DNA of 64,000 nucleotides from positions 520-64,519 of the forward strand of contig JBMORM010000025.1 in NCBI GenBank assembly GCA_049322675.1, read 5' to 3'. How positions within the stretch are numbered: position 1 is the first letter of the stretch; each line of letters begins with the position of its first letter. The DNA comes from Patescibacteria group bacterium (GTDB lineage: Bacteria; Patescibacteriota; JAHJAL01). Positions 57,769 to 64,000 of this stretch are shown here, in pieces. Both the position numbers and the translations under genes were made by a program. The notes beneath the pieces are model-generated. The model searched no databases, was not told the DNA's origin, and worked only from the letters and a program-made list of their open reading frames with translations.

Positions 57769-60534
57769 TTAATTGACATTTACAGATACGGAAAGAGAAC
57801 TTTGATTTCCAGAGTTGTCAAAGGCAATGATTTTGATAACATAGTTTCCTGACCCAGGATAATTCCAGGTTAGCGAATATACTTGATTGTTACCAACACT
57901 TACTGAACCATATGGATTGGAATTGATTTTGTATTCTACGCGATTAACACCAGATTCATTGTCTTTGGTTTCGACTTGTATGTTCAAAGGGAAGGCGTTG
58001 GAATTGAGATTGGTGTTATTGGGGGAGATGATTGATAGAGTTGGGCCGGTCGTGTCTTCGATGTTGTTGATAATGATATTTTTGGTGTCGGAGGCAGTAA
58101 GATTTTGTTTGTCAGTGAGGTTGACAGAGATAAAGTGTTGCCCGTTTTTGATCTGGGTGACGTTATGAACAAATGAATAGGGCTGAGAGTTGACTGATCC
58201 AATCGGATTGCCATCGAGAAAAAAATCGATTTTCTCTACGCCACTTGGAGCATTAACTGAAGTATTGATAGTAAGTGTGTTGTTGATGGTAGAATTGGCG
58301 TCGGGATAACTGATTGATATCGTTGGTTTGACTTGTTCGAGCGTACATTTTTCTGTTGGAGGAGGAGTGCCCATGCTGCCCGACCAAGCCAAAACGGGTT
58401 GTTCCCAGCCGGGATTATCGGGCATTTCGGAGTGGACGATGCGGTAAGTTTTGGTTTCAGTTAGTTCAGCGGGAATACTGTCGTCGGCTAGTTTTCCATT
58501 GGTTTTACATACTTTGTAGGTAGTAATATCTTTGGAATATTCTGTAGGTACTTGCCAGGCAGCACCAATGTCAGTAATGGTCTCTGATCCGTTAACTGGT
58601 TTGAGATTAGAATATCTGTCAACAGTGATAGAAATTATGCCGTCAGGTTTTTTAAATTCTTCAACTGGAGTGGAATCCAAAACAAAGTGCATGTATTCGT
58701 TCCAGATTGGTGCAGCAACATAAACGCCGGATTCTCCGGCCATTTCCGAATTGTCATTGTTGCCGGCCCAGACTCCGGTGACGACTGATGGAGTGTAGCC
58801 AACTGTCCAGCCATCTCGATATTCGTCGGTAGTACCGGTTTTGGCAGCAACAGGTCGATCTGGGAAAAATAGGGGACTGGACGCGCCAAAGGTGGGGATA
58901 CGAGCATTGTTGTCCGAGAGAATGTTGCTGATCATGTAAGCTATTTGAGGATTGAATATTTCTTTTTGATTTTTTTTACTATCTTCATCTTTCCATTCTT
59001 CCAAAACGTTGTTATTGGTGTCGGTGATTTTTAGAATGCTGGCGACGGGGTTGTGTTTGCCTTCGTTGGCAAAAACTCCATAGGCATTTGTTAACTCGAC
59101 TAACTTGACTTCACCACCGCCAAGAACCAAGGATAGTCCATATCTTTCCGGATCGTTGAGAGATTCGATGCCCATCTCGTTGGCAATTTTTATTGTTTTT
59201 TCCAGTCCGACTAAAGCGAGCATTTTGACGGCTGGGATATTGAGGGAGTTTTGCAGTGATGATCTGATGGTGACTGGGCCACGAAATGTTTTGTCGTAGT
59301 TGTTGGGGGCATAATTACCGCCAAAATCAGTTTTTACATCAAATAGCGTACTTCCGGGAAACCATTTGTCCATAAATCCAATGGCATATACAAAGGGCTT
59401 GAATGATGAACCGGGTTGTCTTTGAGCGATGGCTACATTTACGTTTGGTTCAAAAGTGCAATCGCTGCCTTGGGTACAACCTGCTGGGGAGGATTCGGCA
59501 AAATAATCTTTGCTGCCAACCATAGCCAGTATTTGTCCGGTTTTGGGATCGATAGAAACCAGTGATGCGTTGTGAGCATTCATTTCCGGACCATTTTTTT
59601 CGGCGTATTTTTTGACGATCTCTTGGGCTTTTTCCTGTTTGTCATAATCAAGGGTGGTAACGATATTTAGTCCGCCTTCTTCGATTTGCTTTTGGGAGTA
59701 TTTTCCTGCCAGGTTTTCCAGAATATAAAAGACGAAATGGGGAGCTTTGATGTCTTCATTTTTGCGTTGGAAGGTGAGTTGAACGGTGACGGCTTCGTCA
59801 AGTTGTTGTTGGTCGATATAACCCATATTTTTCATCTCGCCTAGGATCCAGTGATGGCGTTCGCTCAGTTCATCCGTGTGATTGCCGTAGGGTGAGTAAT
59901 AACTGGGTGCTTGGATTATTGCTGCCAAGACTGCACTTTCTGCAAGTGTCAGGTCTTTGACATCTTTGCCAAAATAGGTTTCAGAAGCGGCTTGAACACC
60001 ATAAGCGGTACTGCCAAATGGAATTTCGTTGAGATAGATTTGTAGTATTTCGTCCTTGCTCAACATTTGCTCAATCTCGATGGAAAGAATTAGTTCTTTG
60101 ATTTTGCGGGCAATAGATTTTTCGGTGGTGAGCATGGTGTTTTTGATTGTTTGTTGGGTAATAGTACTTGCTCCTTGCGAGTAGCCTCCGTGACTGATAT
60201 CTTGGATGGCAGCAGAAATTGTTCGTTTAAAATTGAAGCCGGAGTGATTGTAAAAATCGCGATCTTCAGTAACTATTACTGCGTCTTTTAGAAATTTTGG
60301 TATTTCTTCAAGAGGAACGAGTTTACGGTTTATGTCACCGTGAACTTCATATAAAAGTTTGTTGTTGCGATCAAATATTTTGGTAGTTTGGGCGATGTTT
60401 CTTTGTTGAAGTTTGGAGGGGTCGGGTAGTTGAGTGGAATAATGGAAAAATAAAATTGATGAAGCCAAAGCTCCCAACGAGAAAAGAAAAAGGCCAATTT
60501 GCAGCACCCATTTTATAATTGCTTTGTAGAGCAT
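57769..60534 (-). CDS. class A PBP (PBP1A family) with C-terminal Ig-like domains
   Basis: Transglycosylase EDRDF and QGASTITQQ; transpeptidase SSFK, SLN and KTGT; two Big-like domains. Confidence 0.95.
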   Translation of the reverse strand: MLYKAIIKWVLQIGLFLFSLGALASSILFFHYSTQLPDPSKLQQRNIAQTTKIFDRNNKLLYEVHGDINRKLVPLEEIPKFLKDAVIVTEDRDFYNHSGFNFKRTISAAIQDISHGGYSQGASTITQQTIKNTMLTTEKSIARKIKELILSIEIEQMLSKDEILQIYLNEIPFGSTAYGVQAASETYFGKDVKDLTLAESAVLAAIIQAPSYYSPYGNHTDELSERHHWILGEMKNMGYIDQQQLDEAVTVQLTFQRKNEDIKAPHFVFYILENLAGKYSQKQIEEGGLNIVTTLDYDKQEKAQEIVKKYAEKNGPEMNAHNASLVSIDPKTGQILAMVGSKDYFAESSPAGCTQGSDCTFEPNVNVAIAQRQPGSSFKPFVYAIGFMDKWFPGSTLFDVKTDFGGNYAPNNYDKTFRGPVTIRSSLQNSLNIPAVKMLALVGLEKTIKIANEMGIESLNDPERYGLSLVLGGGEVKLVELTNAYGVFANEGKHNPVASILKITDTNNNVLEEWKDEDSKKNQKEIFNPQIAYMISNILSDNNARIPTFGASSPLFFPDRPVAAKTGTTDEYRDGWTVGYTPSVVTGVWAGNNDNSEMAGESGVYVAAPIWNEYMHFVLDSTPVEEFKKPDGIISITVDRYSNLKPVNGSETITDIGAAWQVPTEYSKDITTYKVCKTNGKLADDSIPAELTETKTYRIVHSEMPDNPGWEQPVLAWSGSMGTPPPTEKCTLEQVKPTISISYPDANSTINNTLTINTSVNAPSGVEKIDFFLDGNPIGSVNSQPYSFVHNVTQIKNGQHFISVNLTDKQNLTASDTKNIIINNIEDTTGPTLSIISPNNTNLNSNAFPLNIQVETKDNESGVNRVEYKINSNPYGSVSVGNNQVYSLTWNYPGSGNYVIKIIAFDNSGNQSSLSVSVNVN

Positions 60535-60585
60535 ATAAAAAAATAATTTATATGGTTTATATAATCAGTTTTAATTATACTATAT

Positions 60586-60690
60586 AATAGTTAAAAGTTA
60601 GAAAGTTTAAAGTTAAATAGTTTGAAGGTGTGAAGGTGTGAAGGTTATGAACGTTCATACCTTTATTAGTTTATACGTTTAAACTTTATT
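60586..60690. repeat. approximately 8-nt-period repeat tract with a central palindrome
   Basis: aaagtt and tgaaggtg units; palindrome atgaacgttcat at 60647-60658; inverted units (acctt, aaacttt) downstream. Confidence 0.5.
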
Positions 60691-60693
60691 AAA

Positions 60694-61911
60694 ATGAATA
60701 AAATAAAATTATTGAAAAAGTGGGTAGAGGATAGGTCTGAGCAGATTATTGATTGGGATGGTTTGCAGGAAAAAATTGAATCGGGAAAACAGATCTTGAT
60801 AAAATATGGCGCTGATCCTAGCAAGCCAGATTTACATCTTGGTCATGGGGTGTGTTTGCGCATGATGAGAAAATTTCAGGACGAGTTGGATGCCAAGGTG
60901 CAGTTTTTAATTGGCGATTTTACTGGTCAGATCGGAGATCCAAGTGGTAAATCGAAAGCCAGAGAGGTGTTGGATGAAAATCGAGTGAAAGAAAATGCCT
61001 TATCTTATGCTCAGCAGGTTTTTCAGATTTTGGACAGAGAGAAAACTGAAGTGTGGTCGAATGGCAGTAAATTAAATTTTGTCGATAACTGTCAGGGTGG
61101 CTGGTGGAATCAGATGAATTTGAGTGAATTTTTGTCCTTGCTGACAATGGTGACACACGCCAAATTGATTGATCGTGATATGTTTCAAGAGCGGATAAAA
61201 AATTCACAAGAAATTTATATGCATGAAATGATGTATCCTATTTTGCAAGGATATGATTCGGTAATGATGAAATCGGATTTGACTATAGTCGGCAATGATC
61301 AGTTGTTCAATGAGCTTATGGGCAGATTTTTTCAAGAGAGGTTTAAACAAAAACCACAAACTATAATAACTGTTCCGTTATTGGTTGGTTTGGATGGGGT
61401 TCAAAAAATGAGTAAATCGTTGGGAAATTATATTGGTTTATCCGATACGGCGGAGGATATGTTTGGCAAAACTATGTCGATTCCTGACAGCTTGATTGTT
61501 GATTGGGCGAGGTTAGCGACAGACTTGGATTTTCAAGAAATGCAAAAATTATTGGATAGTGATAAAAATCCCCGAGACGTAAAAATGATGGTGGCAATTG
61601 ATATTGTGCGACAATACTATGGTCAAGAAAAAGCACTTGCGGCCAAGGACAATTTTGTGAATATTTTTGGCAAAAAAAACAATCCAGATGAGATGAAAGA
61701 AATAAAAATTGAAAATGAGAGAGTTAGGTTGGTGGATTGGCTTTGGGAAAACAAGTTGGTTGATTCAAAAGCAGCCGCAAGAAGATTGATAGAGCAGGGA
61801 GGAGTCAAAATTGATAATATTAAACAACTTTCCAGTACTCAAGAAGTTGAGTTAAAGGATAAAATGGTGATTAGAGTGGGAAAAAGGATATTTGTAAAAT
61901 TGGTGAAATAA
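60694..61911 (+). CDS. tyrS: tyrosine--tRNA ligase
   Basis: GADP...LHLGH, YP.LQGYD, DQ.FN, KMSKS and S4 domain. Confidence 0.97.
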   Translation: MNKIKLLKKWVEDRSEQIIDWDGLQEKIESGKQILIKYGADPSKPDLHLGHGVCLRMMRKFQDELDAKVQFLIGDFTGQIGDPSGKSKAREVLDENRVKENALSYAQQVFQILDREKTEVWSNGSKLNFVDNCQGGWWNQMNLSEFLSLLTMVTHAKLIDRDMFQERIKNSQEIYMHEMMYPILQGYDSVMMKSDLTIVGNDQLFNELMGRFFQERFKQKPQTIITVPLLVGLDGVQKMSKSLGNYIGLSDTAEDMFGKTMSIPDSLIVDWARLATDLDFQEMQKLLDSDKNPRDVKMMVAIDIVRQYYGQEKALAAKDNFVNIFGKKNNPDEMKEIKIENERVRLVDWLWENKLVDSKAAARRLIEQGGVKIDNIKQLSSTQEVELKDKMVIRVGKRIFVKLVK

Positions 61912-61914
61912 TAT

Positions 61915-63651
61915 ATGAATTATGTTTGGGAAAAATTTGAAAATGAAGTGAGAGAATTATTGTTGACAGAGAAGATTGAGCGACGAGATATTTTGTTGAA
62001 TCGACCAGATCGGATGGAAAATGGCAATATTTCTTTTCCTTGTTTCTCCTTGGCAAAGACAAGAAAAAAATCGCCAAAAATTATTGCTGATGAATTGGTA
62101 GAAAAATGGAAACAAGGGAGTACAGATTGGAAATATATTTACAAGGTGGAAAGCGTTGGAGGTTATATAAATTTCTTTATTAGAAAAGAGAATTTTTTTC
62201 CTGAATTGGTAGCCGAGTTGGCTGAAAGTACTGATGATTATGGTAGTTTCAATGTTGATTTGCCCAAATTGGTGGGGGTCGAGTTTTTGGAACCCAATAC
62301 CAATAAACCATTGTCAGTAGGACATGCGAGAAATGCTTTTTTGGGTTGGAGTGTGAGCAGAATATTGGAATTTTCCGGTAACAGAGTGATAAAATTTAAT
62401 TTATTTAATGATCGTGGTACCCATATTTGTAAATCTATGTTGGCCTATCAAAAATGGGGAAATGATCGTACGCCGGCAGATGAAGGGATAAAGGGAGATC
62501 ATTTTGTTGGCAAATATTACGTATTGTTTGGAGTTGAGGCGGAAAAAAATCCTGAATTGGAACAAGAAGCACAGCAAATGTTGCATGATTGGGAAAACGG
62601 AGTTGAGAATGTGGTTGCGTTGTGGAAAAAAATGAACGAGTGGTTTTATGAAGGAGTAGAAGAAACTTTGCAAGCCGCGGGAATCAAATTTGATAAAGTT
62701 TATTACGAATCGGATATTTACAAAGAAGGTAAGAATATTGTTTTGCAGTCATTGGAGATGAAAAAATGTTATCGTTTGAATGACGGGGCGGTAGAAATTG
62801 ATTTGACCGATAGGGGTTTGGATAAGAAAATTTTACTTAGAAAAGATGGAACAGCGGTGTATATTGTTCAAGATTTGTTTTTAGCGAAAAAGAAATTCGA
62901 GGATTACAATCTGGATTTGTCAATCTATGTTGTGGCAGACGAACAAAAATATCATTTTGAGGTTTTGTTTAATTTGTTGGATATTTTTGATATTTCAGAT
63001 AAAGATAAAAATTATCATCTTAGTTACGGAATGGTTAATTTGTCTGGCGGAAAAATGAGTTCCAGAAAAGGAACAGTGGTTAGATGGGATGATTTGTATT
63101 TGGAGATGAAGGAATTGGCCAGGCAGGAAATAGATAGTCGCGAAGAAAACTTGTCTGACGAAGAGAAAAATTTTCGAGCAGAAAAGATAGCTTTGGCGGC
63201 GATGAAATTTAAGTTAATCAATCAGGATAAGGACAAAGTAATAATTTTTGACAAAAAAGAGGCAATTCGGTTTGAAGGAGAGACAGGACCATATTTACTT
63301 TATACTTATGCCAGAATAAACAGTATTTTGCAAAAATGTCACGATGATGTATTCTTTCGTCCGAAGGATATGAAAGAGTTTGATAATCAGGAAATGAATG
63401 ATCTTTTGTTCGAGATTGCTTTTTTTTATCGAAAGGTTGAACAAGCAGCAATGACCTATAATCCGGCAGTGATAAGTAAATATTGTTATGTACTATGTCA
63501 GAATTTTAATAATTTTTATCACAAACATCATGTGTTGGCTGCAGAAAATGCTGATCTTGTTCGTTCAAGATTACAATTGTTGTTAATAGTAAGACAGGTT
63601 TTGAAAAATTGTTTGGGTTTGTTGGGGATAGAGTTGTTGGAAAAAATGTAG
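61915..63651 (+). CDS. argS: arginine--tRNA ligase
   Basis: EF..PN.NKPL.VGH.RN, EQ..HF, KMSSRKG, GETGPYL.Y.YAR and F..FY. Confidence 0.97.
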   Translation: MNYVWEKFENEVRELLLTEKIERRDILLNRPDRMENGNISFPCFSLAKTRKKSPKIIADELVEKWKQGSTDWKYIYKVESVGGYINFFIRKENFFPELVAELAESTDDYGSFNVDLPKLVGVEFLEPNTNKPLSVGHARNAFLGWSVSRILEFSGNRVIKFNLFNDRGTHICKSMLAYQKWGNDRTPADEGIKGDHFVGKYYVLFGVEAEKNPELEQEAQQMLHDWENGVENVVALWKKMNEWFYEGVEETLQAAGIKFDKVYYESDIYKEGKNIVLQSLEMKKCYRLNDGAVEIDLTDRGLDKKILLRKDGTAVYIVQDLFLAKKKFEDYNLDLSIYVVADEQKYHFEVLFNLLDIFDISDKDKNYHLSYGMVNLSGGKMSSRKGTVVRWDDLYLEMKELARQEIDSREENLSDEEKNFRAEKIALAAMKFKLINQDKDKVIIFDKKEAIRFEGETGPYLLYTYARINSILQKCHDDVFFRPKDMKEFDNQEMNDLLFEIAFFYRKVEQAAMTYNPAVISKYCYVLCQNFNNFYHKHHVLAAENADLVRSRLQLLLIVRQVLKNCLGLLGIELLEKM

Positions 63652-63682
63652 CATTTTTGATGCTAATATAGTTTGATGATAT

Positions 63683-63719
63683 TAAAAACTCGGAAAAATA
63701 TCCGAGGTTTTGTTTTTTT
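63683..63719. terminator. probable terminator after argS
   Basis: aaaactcgga...tccgaggtttt with T-rich tail. Confidence 0.55.
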
Positions 63720-63787
63720 GTTGGATTGAAAGTAGATTTAGGTGTTGACGGTATATATTTTATTATCGGATAAAATATATATTGTCT

Positions 63788-64000
63788 TTATTTTGGCATT
63801 GACGGTGAAGTTGTCGATTGATCCAAGATCTTCACCGACAAATTGCTTGGAATATTCGCCAGTTTCTTTGTTGAATTCGAGTATTCTTTTATTGTCTGAA
63901 TCAGCAATGTATAAATAATCAAGTTCTTCTTCGGTGTAAATTTGGCCTGGGTTAGCGAGACGGGAATATGGCTCGGGAATGTTTTTGAGTTGATAATCAA
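63788..64000 (-). CDS. C-terminal fragment of a hypothetical protein running off the window
   Basis: Open frame to the window edge; lagging-strand composition. Confidence 0.4.
   Translation of the reverse strand: MIINSKTFPSHIPVSLTQAKFTPKKNLIIYTLLIQTIKEYSNSTKKLANIPSNLSVKILDQSTTSPSMPK

Noticed and set aside
60540-60693. T-box riboswitch before tyrS
   Set aside because: No AGGGTGGNACC T-box sequence or terminator
63745-63776. TTGACG...TAAAAT promoter
   Set aside because: The 20-bp spacer is too long and it would face a convergent gene
1-64000. Alternative genetic code (UGA=Gly, as in Gracilibacteria/Absconditabacteria)
   Set aside because: Conserved genes are full length in code 11 and several end properly at TGA (dnaB, ftsA, mraZ, murC)

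Overview
Low-GC, gene-dense bacterial chromosome segment using the standard genetic code. Almost all genes are on the + strand, which is strongly G/T-skewed, probably the leading strand. The gene content is housekeeping, replication, translation and cell envelope with almost no biosynthesis. Together with the homodimeric GlyRS, tRNAs without encoded CCA and short-period intergenic repeats, this suggests a Patescibacteria/CPR-type organism (inference). Main contents: lgt, an OmpR/PAS-kinase pair, greA-like, murT-gatD, dnaX-dnaB, lspA, tRNA-Gln, an MFS transporter, lemA-htpX-tsaC-glyA, tRNA-Leu, a sortase/PEGA/GT-C cluster, a hybrid kinase, ligA, an interrupted gatCAB, htrA, ftsA-ftsZ-yggT-yggU-rodA-recO, a degenerate ddl, glyQS, the mraZ dcw cluster, recJ, radA, an FN3-repeat surface protein, a class A PBP, tyrS and argS. 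I saw no CRISPR array, rRNA, prophage or transposase. Best leads: (1) a long G-U-rich hairpin between mraZ and rsmH whose loop contains an anti-SD-like UCACCUCC; (2) an A9 slippage site in dnaX that could yield a gamma subunit; (3) a full-length but catalytically eroded Ddl; (4) a multi-hairpin leader with a terminator just upstream of the MFS gene; (5) a Gram-positive-style surface-display toolkit. All calls are by eye from motifs; no database search was run.
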